Assembly (NCBI RefSeq): GCF_006345805.1
Contig: NC_042997.1
Span: 19,282,001-19,346,000 of the forward strand
Length of the DNA: 64,000 nt
Reading direction: 5' to 3'
Source of the DNA: Octopus sinensis
Lineage: Eukaryota
Shown here: one piece after another, positions 36,895 to 48,736 of the stretch
Layout of the letters: each line of letters begins with the position of its first letter
Numbering within the stretch: the first letter of the stretch is position 1
Position numbers and translations under genes: made by a program
The notes under the pieces: model-generated
The model's input: only the letters and a program-made list of their open reading frames with translations
The model's database searches: none
What the model was told of the DNA's origin: nothing

Positions 36895-38390
36895 TACACT
36901 GAACTGCAAAAGAAACGCGATTTTTTAAAATGACATTTTTATATGGCAAATTCTGAAAATTTACCATAGAAAATATTCGAAAACATGCTGGGACCCAAAT
37001 TGCAGGTAACCTTTCAACTTTCCCTGAAATGAGATGCCAAAATGCAGCTCTGTTGAATGCCATGGGTGACAGTCGCAAACAATTGTCATGGAAACCAAAA
37101 TACATGTGCATCTCGTGGAAGTTATGGGTATAAAAATCAACTTGAACCGTGTTCCTGGCATTCGTAATTTGGACGCATCAGGTATGGCCTGAGTGTCAGC
37201 AGTGCAGAGAGAATGAGCTATCAACTGATTGAAAGTAGGACAGTCTGCCCTGGATGTTGTGAAAGCTTACAATGCCCATGTCAGTACCATCTATCAACTG
37301 CAATAGTGATACAACAACACCAACAGCACTGCAGACCATGCCTGCAGAGGGCACCTCCTGGGTGACCACACCCATCCAGGACCACTTCATCCACCTGCAA
37401 CATCTCCGTGATCACTTCAGACTAGCCAGCATAACAGCTTATGAGACCATTGGCACTGGACAGTAACCCATCAGTGACAACGACATGGTACGACATCGAC
37501 TGGCCGCCAACAACTTACATTGCCATCGTCCTGCTCAAGGGACTGTGCTCACTACCCAAAACCATCTGGCATGACTACAGTGGGCTACACAGCACCGACA
37601 TTGATGGCATCAACAATGGAGGTCAATAGTCTTCTTTGATGAGAGCTGTTATTGTGTTTCCACCTCAGATGGCAGAGTGAGAGTGTGGTGTAGGAGGAGT
37701 GAACGCTACAGAGATGCATGTGTCATTGAGAGAGATGTGTGGGGTGGCCAAAGCATCATGGCTTGGGGTGTTATGGGCCTGAAACAGAGAAATGGACCCC
37801 ATGTGTTCCAAAATGTTGGTGCAGGCAGAGGTAATGGTATCAAAGCACAGCACTACATTGATCAGATCCTAAGACCTCACACCATGCCCATTTTCAGACA
37901 TCACCATAGCCACGTATTCCAGCAGGACAATGCTCCTTCCCACACAGCCAGGGTCACCATGGACTTCCTGCGTCAGCACAACACCATGCTGTGGCTGGCT
38001 CTCAGCTCGGATTTGAACCCAATTGAACACCTGCAGGATGATATCTAGAGACAGCTGAACCAGGTGGTCCCAAGGCCGACAATTCATGTGGAACTGGAGG
38101 CAGCTTCCCTCAGGGTGTGGGCACAGGTGCCAATGGCTTTTGTGAACTGCCTCATGCACTCCATGTACAGATGGTGTATGGCCATTTTGAACACCCAGGG
38201 AGGACATACACGGGATGAACATGTCACACCCTATAATCTCAATGTGCTGCATCTGCCCACTACTAAAACACATGACAACGACCCGTAGACTGTGGTCAAA
38301 GTGCATCCAAGAAATTGATTTAATCAGATTTATCAAAATTTATCTCTGATATAATGAAATTGAAACATATTTCACAGTCAAACACGTTTG
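36895..38390 (+). mobile_element. Decayed Tc1-family transposon (transposase pseudogene ~37184-38215)
   Basis: Left end TA-CACTGAACTGCAAAAGAAACGCG. Degenerate HTH from ATG 37184. Catalytic motifs IVFFDES, FQQDNAPSHTAR and SSDLNPIEHL, with D-E spacing 32 versus the canonical 34. It has stops and frameshifts, and the right TIR was not found. Confidence 0.92.
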
Positions 38391-39524
38391 GTGTTTGAAC
38401 ATGAGCTAATTGTCTCCACCTTGGCAGAAATTGTAAATGAATTGGTACATTTAAAATTGTGTCTTTTGTATCTAAAACTATGTGGGACTAAGTCATATTT
38501 TTCTCTCTTTCTCTGTCTTTCTATCTCTTTCTCTCACTCTCCCTTTCTTTCTGATTCAAAATAAAGACAACTCATGCCAGCATGAAAATCAGGTGTTAAA
38601 TGATGATGATGATGATGAGGAGGAGGAGGAGGAATAGGAGCAGGAAGAGGAGGAACAGGAAGTGGAAGAAATGAGAGACAATTGGCTAAGAAAATGTGTT
38701 TAATGATTTAACTGTTAAAGTCATACAAAGTAGTGAAACAAGTTGTCTATGTGATATGACACTAGCAATAAATGTTAAATATTTAATGATATTAAATGTC
38801 TAAGCAATATAGGTTGATTCATTTGCTAATAATGAATAATTGTGAGGAAAATTAGAAATGAAAAAATTTTCACAAGTTTTCATTCCTCATGCAAAAAAAT
38901 GGACGAACTGCTCATTTAGATAAATGAAAACATCTAAAATTGAAATATTCATTTAATATTGGTTTGCATGAGAAAATGTTTGTAAACACTGCAAAGAAAT
39001 TGAAATATTGCACTTTTTCTCAGATCATACAAGCTGTGAAGTAAATTGGTATCTCTAAAAGAATATCTACTTCTAAAGAATGGAATACGATCTAAAATTA
39101 TTTGTGAATATCTATGCATCATCATCATCTTCTTCTTCAAGTCCTCTTTTCTATGCATTCATGGATCAGACGAAATGTTGTTGAGGTGGATTTTCTATAA
39201 CCAGATGTTCTTTCTGTCACAAACCCTCACCTTTTTCCAGAATATTTTCTCAATAGCCAGATGTGTTTCCACAGAAGATTGGAAATGATAGCCACCTGTT
39301 GTACTAATCTATTTAGTCGAGATCCATTATTTGAAACAAATTCCTGATGCTTAACCTGCACATCTTAGCTTATTGTGACATTTATAGAAGCCATTTCATT
39401 TATTGCGATGTTTATAGTAATCACCTGAATTGATTGAGAGGTTTATGACTATCAAATGGTAAGATTTGTTTACAACTATCATGTGCTGTGAAGGTTAAGG
39501 AGACAGTAACACCTATACACACAC

Positions 39525-39800
39525 CATCATCATCATCATCATCATCATTTAACGTCCATTGTTCATGCTGGCATGGGTTGAACAGTTTGACAAGAGCTGG
39601 TATGCTGAGGGGCTGGAACAGACTCCAGATGGATTTGGTATGGTTTTCATGATTGGATGCCCTTTCTACCACCAACTACTCTGAGAGTGTAATGGGTGCT
39701 TTTACATGCCACTGGCATGGATGCCAGTTGTATGACCCCAGTAGTTGCCATGGCTATGATTTCCTTTGACTTGATGGGTCTTCTATTCAAGCATGGCATT
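39525..39800 (-). mobile_element. SINE-like family A, diverged
   Basis: catcatcatttaacgtccattgttcatgctggcatgggttg tail. Confidence 0.75.
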
Positions 39801-40326
39801 ATATGGGACAAGTGGAAGTCATAGGGTTAAGATGTGGGAGCAGGCTTGTTACTGACACCCAGAGGGAAGTGAGGAAAGAAAAGACTTTTGATATAGGTGG
39901 TTGGGGTAAGTAAGGATGGATGCATCATGAATAAGTCATCCTTGAGTTTTGGGGACAACAGAGGGAGAGATAGGCAGGAGAAATCATGGTGAAAGACAGA
40001 AAAAAGTGCATGAAGGAAGTAATTAGACATGTTCATAATAAGTACAATAAGAAAATGAAGTTAGAGAAAGAATGAGTGAATGGAAGATGTTAAGAAAAAG
40101 AAAGAGAAGTTAGGGGTTTGCTTATGGAATTTTTCTATTATTCCATCTACTAAATACATTCTCAAGGTTTTTGCTGGCCCAGGGCAATAGTGGAAGTCAC
40201 TTGCTCAAAGTTCCACACAGTGAGACTGAACTCAATACCATGTGATTGGGAAACAAACTTCTTACCACACAGTCAAACCTGCACCAATGGTATGTGTGCG
40301 CGCGTGTGCGTATGTGTGTGTGCAGT

Positions 40327-40645
40327 GAGGGCGCGTGGCTTAGTGGTTAGGGCATTCAGCTCATGATCGTAAGGTTGTGAGTTCGATTCCCGGCGACACG
40401 TTGTGTCCTTGAGCAAGACACTTTATTTCACGTTGCTCCAGTCCACTCAGCTGGCAAAAATGAGTTGTACTTGTATTTCAAAGGGTCAGCCTTGTCACTC
40501 TCTGTGTCATGCTGATTATCCCCGAGAACTACGTTAAGGGTACACGTGTCTGTGGAATGCTCAGCCATTTGCACGTTAATTTCACGAGCAAGCTGTTCCG
40601 TTGATCGTATCAGCTGGGACCCTCGTCGTCGTAACCGGCGGAGTC
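40327..40645 (+). mobile_element. SINE family E, well preserved
   Basis: A-box tggcttagtgg, B-box gagttcgattcc and CORE-like gtgtccttgagcaagacactt. Confidence 0.9.
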
Positions 40646-41417
40646 TAGAGAAAGATGTGTGTGTGTGTGATGGTGATTCAAAATATTTTTTTCCTGTATC
40701 AAATGCTTATTTGTTATTCTGAGAAGGCTAAATCATTATATCATCCAACTAGATAGCATATCACTTGTTTCCTCCTTATATCCATTTTGTTGTGTCCGTT
40801 GCAAACCTACTTAACTGTTTATGCTTAAGTCCATCTAGCAGCAAATAGGCATTTGAGAAAGCATACATCACTGTTGCATAAGAAGCATAAGAGTTGTGTC
40901 AATGATAGGTTTGGATTACTTGTATACAATCATCTCATCCTATACAAAAGGTTGTAAAAGACTAGCATCTTTTGACTATCACCCAAATTCTTTTCATTGA
41001 TTAGTGATTGAGCGTCTTGATTAGTTTCATCATATTACAAAACCTTTCCAAACTCCAAATGGTTTGAAATGAAAAAAATATTTATATTTAACAAATACCT
41101 ATAGCAATTACATATGAGGTGAAAAGCTACATAATGGTTATAATGTTTTAATGAATTACTCCAAGTAGAAAGGCCAAAACCTATAATCTTTAGCAGGTCC
41201 TCTAGGACAGGTGTGGGGAAAAAGAGAAGGGCAGAAGGAAAGATAGTTGCAAGCTTCCTCAAATTATAGACCATGTCTAAATGCTTATAGAACATGGTTT
41301 TCAGTAAACTTAGAAACTAAAAAGTAGCAAAAACTGCTTAAATGGTTATAATTTATATATGTATAAAATCTTAAATATTTCTATATTAATTTCTTAAACA
41401 GATATGAAACCTTGAGG

Positions 41418-42071
41418 TACACAGGGTGCGGACAGTATCTGAGGATAGATTTATGATTTTTAAAAAATGCTTATATCATAACAAAAAAAATAACTATATT
41501 TTTATAAAAATAACATAAACATATAGCTACATTGTAATTTTAATAATTTCATTCAATAAAACCAACAAAAGTATCAATAACTGCCTCTATGTAGGGCCAA
41601 AATTGTTTGCAAGCATGGATAAAGTGATCCTTGTTCATATCGAACATGACTCCAACTATGACAGCTTTCAAAGAATCTTTGGAGCAATGGTGGTGTTCAT
41701 TGATATTTTTCTCAACGATGCCCCATACATAGTAGTCCAGTGGATTGAGATCTGGTGAATTAGGGGGCCAAATGTTGGGGGTGATGTAATCATGCAAAAC
41801 GTCAGCCATTCATTCTTGTGTCATTTGAGCTTTGTGTGGAGGTGCAGAATCTTGTTGAAAGACATAAGGCCTTCCATCGCATACAGTCTTGGTCTAAAGC
41901 TTAACAACTTTATCCAGAACCTTCAAAGCCACAATCACAGCATGCCTTTTCATTTCATTAGTAAGCATAGGACCTGTCATTGTTATTTTTTGAAACAGAA
42001 GTTCAATAAAAATTAGTGAAATAAAATGATGACTAACAATACATGTCCTCAAATACTGTCTGTGCCTTGTA
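41418..42071 (-). mobile_element. Internally deleted maT (DD37D) Tc1/mariner element
   Basis: ~30 bp TIRs (TACACAGGGTGCGGACAGTATCTGAGGATA versus rc TATACAAGGCACAGACAGTATTTGAGGACA) with terminal TA. It encodes YVFQQDSAPPHKA...WPPNSPDLNPLDYYVWG, with 37 codons between the two Asp residues. Confidence 0.92.
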
Positions 42072-43996
42072 TATGTGTGTGTGTGTATTTATAAATATAT
42101 GTATGTACATACACACATACATACACACGCACACACACATACATAACTACAAACATACATACATACATACATACATATGTATGATGTCATATGAAAAGTG
42201 ACAGTACATTTGTCTTTTCCAAGGATATTTACAGAACATTTGTATTTGTCATGTGCACACATACTACATATTCTTTAAGAAGACTAGTGCCTGAAATGTT
42301 AGACCTCACCTCTCCTCCTGACACACACATTGTTATTTCACAAATTTTATAACACTATGCAGTTATACAATATATGTGCTTCTTTTATTGAGTAGAACTA
42401 TACAGACAACTTTAGTACACTGTATGTATAATGCTAATGGAATGGACACCACCTCAATAGCTGAGTACTAATCTATTTAGTCGAGATCCATTATTTGAAA
42501 CAAATTCCTGATGCTTAACCTGCGCATCTTAGCTTATTGTGACATTTATAGAAGCCATTTCATTTATTGCGATGTTTATAGTAATCACCTGAATTGATTG
42601 AGAGGTTTATGACTATCAAATTCAAATTATTTATGGGTATAACCAATACTTTGAATATAATACCGATGCATTAGATTTTTCTAAATGTACCATCTGCCTG
42701 TTCTAGTTAACCATAGTGTTTATGGTGCTTAGTTCTCTTTCACAAAGTAGTAGTTAGCACTATTTGCTTTATTCCTAATGATTATGGCTACCATACTGAA
42801 ATAAATTGTAATGGTTATCTCACCTGTAATCTGAATAGATTTAGTGCAGCATTTATTTGACATGTTGAGAAAGTAGCTATATTATTTGAGATACATTGCA
42901 GATGAATACAGTTCTACTTATTAATAATGCCTTTTAAATAATGTAAAGTGGACAAGTTATGAAACTTAATATTAGGTAATTCTTATTGTGCTATGGCATA
43001 AAGTTGTTATGATTTAACTATAAGCTAACTGTTTTCTTTCTGACTATTCTGATACAAATTCTGTAGGAATTAGCTTTGACTTTCATAGCTCGAGGTCTAT
43101 AACTAAGGGGCCCCACTGAAAATACCATTTAATTTCTTGCTTGGAACTTAACTTATCAACATTCTACCAAACTTTTCTTCAACTTATCTGTAAGTAAACA
43201 CAGTTGCCAAATGTAAAACTATCCCATTTTTACCCAACAACAAGCTCCTATCCTTGTTAAACTCATCAATCTTACTTGTTCTGCAGGAATCTATACAAAT
43301 CTATCTCAAGAATGGTTACCTCCCTGCTTCTGATCACTTTATTGCTCTTGCTTCTAATATTTTAAAGTAATAGAAACAATCATAAATGACTGCCTTCTCA
43401 CCTTAAGTCTATTTCTCTCTCCCTATTGTTCTGTTGAGACAGAGTTATGAGAGATGTACTCTTTTACATTACATTATACTGGTCTTCTTTAAAATATCAA
43501 CAAGAGCAATTTCGTTTCCTTTATATTTTTTGATGTCCTCAAAGCCTTTAATCATATCTAAAATGAAAGTCTCTCAGCTGTGTTACCCACAGGCTACCTC
43601 AGTCTGTACATTTCCTGGAACAGTAGTCCCTTATCAGATTACTCAATTGAAGTATTATCTCATAAGGGCTGTCTCCAAGCTGCACTCTATCAGCTCCAGC
43701 ATATCACAATATTTGGTTATGTTACCCACTCATTTTTCTGTGCATTAACAACAAATTTACCATCAATTTTAACAACACTCTATCCTGTCTTCTTTAATCC
43801 TCCTTAATTTTTAACACACAACTCTCCACATAAATATATATCTGACAAGCTTTTTTCAGTTTCCATCTACCAAATCCACTCACAAGACTTTGGTTAGCCC
43901 AATGCTATAGTAGATGACACTTGCCCAAGATGTCATGCTGTGGGGCTGAACCTGAAACCATGTAGTTGGTAAGCAAGCTACTTACCACACATGTAT

Positions 43997-44028
<32 letters not shown>

Positions 44029-44082
44029 GCATATCAAGAACAATCTTACTTAGAAATGGATGTGTGCGTTCCGTCATATAAT

Positions 44083-44576
44083 GAATTAATAAATAAAACA
44101 TATGCATATATACATATATGTACGTACCTACCTCTACATGTATATATACATGCATATATGGGTACAGGACACCAAAAAAAAACGCCGAACACAATGAGAA
44201 ACGAAAACATAGACACACTGTCCTGTTTTTGTTACCATTTTTACCCCTCCGCAAAAAGATCTCAAATTTTATTTAATTTGCTTTTTGCAGGAAGGAAGGT
44301 TTCTATCAAAGATACTTATCGCCTTCACCTTTGAAACGCAGAGTATATGAAACCATGGCAACTGAAGAAGGGGAATTTTCCTTGTGTTATTTGTCTTGTA
44401 CTCTATTTTTTCGTTGTTTAAGAAAAATGTCCAGTTCCTTGGTTTTGTGTTTGTTTTCGTTTCTCATTGTGTTCGACGTTTTTTTGGTGTCCTGTACCCA
44501 TATATGCATGTATATATACATATAGAGGTAGGTACGTACATATATGTATGTATGCATATGTTTTATTTATTAATTC
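44083..44576. mobile_element. Foldback/MITE-like element, ~130 bp inverted arms
   Basis: 44083-44216 is the reverse complement of 44447-44576 with few mismatches. The spacer is ~230 bp. Confidence 0.85.
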
Positions 44577-44591
44577 TATATATGCATATAT

Positions 44592-45250
44592 GTAGATAAT
44601 TTATTCTCAAATGTGGAATAATGCTGAAGAGTGTGAAGAGGATAATATCCTTATATTGCAGAAAAATTTTTGTCAGTGGCCAGCCATGAAACTCAAACTC
44701 ACATCTCTGTGATTACCAGTCAAGTGCTTTACCATTAAGCTAAACTGCCCACTGACAAATTAGCTTAATGGTAAAGCTCTTGACTGGTAAGCACAGAGAT
44801 ATAAGTTTGGGTCTCATGGCTGGCTGGCTGAAAAATTTTTCTGCAATATAAGGAGATTATTCTACTCATGCTATTCAGCATTATTTTGTGTTTGAAAATA
44901 ATTTATCAAGATATCTGTATATTTCAATACATTTCTAAAAACTTATAACACACATACAAAATAAAACAAACTTTTTACATATATTGTAATTTCAATTTCA
45001 CATGCAGTGTCTATAAAAAGCCTAAGCTTATAAGTTCAAAAATTGCAGGAAAATTTGTCAGTGGGCAGTTTAGCTCAATGGTAAAGCACTTGACCTGTAA
45101 TCACAGAGATGTTAGTTCGAGCCTCATGGCTAGCCACTGACAAATTTTTCTGCAATATAAGTATATTATCCTAGTCATGCTGTTCAGCATCATCCTACAT
45201 TTGAGAACAACTTATCTCCATATCTGTATATTTCAATACATCTCAACACT
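44592..45250. mobile_element. Three copies of a tRNA-Thr-like repeat; two form a head-to-head palindrome
   Basis: Copy A is minus 44592-44760, copy B is plus 44761-44940 and copy C is plus 45042-45250. Copy C has A-box tagctcaatgg, B-box agttcgagcc and loop (C/T)(T/G)GTAA, and the copies share a ~110 bp 3' tail. Confidence 0.8.
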
Positions 45251-46169
45251 TCTAAAAATAATAGCAACTTTGTTTATGTATGTATGTAAGTGCTTCTTAC
45301 AAGTGTGATTACCGAACTGGTTTACATACATACATACACATACATTCGCACACTCATGCATTTAAATTCTGCTGAAATCAGGAATTAAAAGAAAGTTTTA
45401 TTTTAAAATACTCTAAATTAGAATTATGTATTTGATTACTTAGAAATAATTGAAAGTTAAAGTGTCATCCTGGTTTTCTGAGTAAGTAAGTGCATAAATT
45501 AAGTACAACAGTACAAACTAAGAAAATCTATATCTGTACATATGTGTCACATCTGTGTGTGCCCATACAATCATGCATGCATTTGTTCCTCTATATTCAT
45601 ATATTTCCATCTGTGAGATCGCAAAGCCAAGTGTATCTTCGACAGGTATTGATTCACTGCTACAATGGTTTCATTTTACTTATGCTACCAGCAATCTTTC
45701 CTTTCCTTTACCCATAACTCACAGTCTTCCACGTTTGTGTCAGAAGACAAGGTTTACTTTTTCCATACTTATTTACTTACACAGATAAAATAATAAAGTG
45801 AAACTATTCAAGTAATATTTTTATCAATAAAAACTTTAAGCACATAGATAAAACTATATTCGTTATTATTGTTATATTTAGATTTTTCAGATAATTAACC
45901 ACAGAGAATGTGTTTTAGAAGTTCCTCCGATCTTGATGCACAGTACTTTGAGGTGACTGAATTTAGTAAATGTTAAGAGAAATATGCTGAAACCCGCAGT
46001 ATATACACACATATGCACACATGTGCATATGCATAGTCAATATTACATGACTGTGTTTATATTTACAATACTCTAAAACCAGTGTTGTTTACGTTTCTTT
46101 ATGTCTCTTAATGTCTTATAGCTTAACAATTTAACAAATATGAGTCAATAAATTAAGTACACATTGATT

Positions 46170-46870
46170 CTAAATATGTTTAGGCAGATTTGAATGTGAA
46201 TATGTGCTGATCAGTATCTTATTTTGCCAGGAGAGAACAATTTCTACTACTTTCAGACGAATGTGTGTTCATAACACACTTGATTCATGAGCATTGGGGG
46301 GACTTTGGGACACCCAGAGTTTCAACAACATTGAGTCACCTCAGTCAAAGCTACCTTGGACTAATGAATCTAACAAGAATTTCTTGTGACACTTGTTTAT
46401 AATTTCAGCAAACAAATCATTTGTTGATGCAAAGAAGTTATTCTCTATTGATGGAATGCAATAGTGATTAACATATTCATGTTTGAATCTGCCAGAACAT
46501 ATTAAGAATGAATGTATAAATCATTGTTTTGATTTTCACTGTTCACTATATACATGACAATTTATTATCACTTGGCAGATATCAGCTCACACAAGCAAAT
46601 GATTTGTTTGCTGAAATTATAAACATGATCGATAACAAACTCTTGTTAGATTCATTAGCACAGGGTGTCTTGGACTGAGGATAAACAATGATGTCAAAAA
46701 GTAGGTGTCCTAAAGTCTCCTTATGCTAATGAATTGAGTGTTATAAACCCACATTTGTCAGAAAATATTTGTATTTATTTACATTGTATTTATTATACAT
46801 TGTCAGAAAACCATTGATGAAATATGGCAGAGGTTATCATATTCACATTTGAATTTGCTTAAATGTATTA
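46170..46870. mobile_element. Old foldback/MITE-like inverted repeat
   Basis: 46252-46423 is an imperfect reverse complement of 46596-46764. The outer motif 46172-46205 pairs with ~46838-46870. Confidence 0.75.
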
Positions 46871-48736
46871 AGAAAGAATATGTAAGTCATCTTTTTTTTA
46901 TTCAAGCTGTTCACCATGCATATGACAATGAAATGAATATTAATCTACTAAAATTTTTAAAGGCAGTGCTCCATAATGATTGTAGAGCAATTGCTTAAAC
47001 TGGTAAAAGAATAAAAGTGATGTTTAGATATAGAGTTGATTATTTAGAGGAGAACATCATATTTGAGGCAGTGTTTGAACTCATGTTATTTTATGCATAT
47101 AGCTGACATTTTTCACACTCAACCTTAAAAAGGCATTTCTATAGATAGTAAAGAAAATACCTAATCTGGGGAGATTATTGATCTTCTGTATCTGCAAAAT
47201 CAGTTGATAAACTTGCAAAATCAAATAAGCATGTGGGCTAAGACAAGTAGGGAATTCTAATATCTCAAGCATAATCCTTTGAAATTCATTTCTTCCCTCA
47301 TGGTACACAGATTCTTTCAATTCTATATGCAGTAGAGGTTACCTCTTAAAAGAAATATGTTTATTCACAATTTTCCATAATTTCTTTTATAGTAAATATT
47401 AAAGAAGAGTGCAGGGGATATTTGCGTGTGTGTGTTTGTGCATGTGTGTGTGTGTGTACTCGTGTGTGAAGTGTGAATACAGCAGAGAGAAATATGAAGA
47501 TAAAAAGAAAGAAAGCAGTGAGATAAATATGAAAGATGTTTGAAACATTATTGTAATTACAATCCGAATGTAGATTGAGAAACCTACCATCAAATTAATC
47601 CTGTAGGTAACAGATCAAAATGGTGGCCATGTTGAGAATATTAAAAGAATCAGAGCTGTGCAATCAACTGGATCATAAATCAGCACTAATGTTTGCCAAA
47701 GTGATTTCAGTTCTTCACATCGGTGGTTACTTCAATTTTTCTTCAATTATTACTCACATCCAACACTGCTAGCCTCCTCATCACCAACAATATGTTGAAA
47801 TTTGTGTTACTCAACGTACTTTCCTCCCAGAAGACCATATTTTCAATATATGTTGCTTCTGCTGAAGCTGATCCAAATGAGATGAGTCTTCATGGTTAGA
47901 TAGCCATAACTGTGTTAATCTTCCCATTATTGAAATCAGCTCCTGCTCATAAGCAATGACACAATCTTATCATCATCCTACTTTTTTCTGCTTACGAATG
48001 TAACACAGCTATTCATTATTAATGCAGTCGTGTATTTCCATTTCATTTAATTTTATCAGTTTTCTCTTTTGTTTGATAAATCACATTTCTAGTTTTCTAT
48101 TTTAATTCTCTTCTCTTCCAGCCCTTAAGCTCTACAATCCATTCTATTGCTACACTTATCCTGCAATTCTTTTTTCCATTCTCTTTCCAATATTCTTATC
48201 CACTCTCAAGACTTTCTTCCTAAAGAACAATGTTAAATCTCTTTGGCTATTTGACTCCCTTCTATTTCTTTACCCTTTTAACTTAATAATTACTTTATGC
48301 CTGCTTCCTCTCTTTTTCTTTATTCCCTTTTATTTTTATCTTCTCAATTCAGTAATTTCAGGTGCCGCTATTACATTTTTCATCTTTTCGATTCGATTTT
48401 CCTTACTTTCAAATTTCTTTGTTTAGTTTGTGCTTCTTCCATTAAAAGTTAATTCCTGTTCCTATTTAGTACGGCTTCTTTTACTTTATGCATTTAAAAA
48501 AAAAAAATTTAATCTAATCAGTTAACCATTCCTTTGCTAAACCACTCTCTGTTTATCTTCAGCATTGTTACAAAGTTGTCGATCAGGTTTACAAAACCGT
48601 ATGCAATTTTCCCAGTTGTGATGCGAATGACAATAATCCTGACTAAACTTCAAAAGAGCAAGTGTTTATGTTACTGTGTTACTGCTTTAAGTTTCAGTTG
48701 GATGAATAAATACCACGAAAAACAAATTAATAATGA

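Larger units (their letters stand above)
39301..42621. repeat. 157 bp near-identical direct repeat pair (39301-39457 and 42465-42621)
   Basis: gtactaatctatttagtcgag...gactatcaaat. There is one mismatch (cctgcacatc versus cctgcgcatc). Confidence 0.97.

Noticed and set aside
44328-44395. Hammerhead ribozyme from gaaac and ctgaaga motifs (also 33820-33879)
   Set aside because: I could not build helices I-III: GAAA does not follow the stem after CTGAAGA, and no UH cleavage triplet is correctly placed.
45061-45138. Functional tRNA-Thr gene
   Set aside because: It has C instead of U33, weak anticodon and T stems and no oligo-T terminator, and two diverged copies are adjacent. It is better read as a tRNA-derived repeat.
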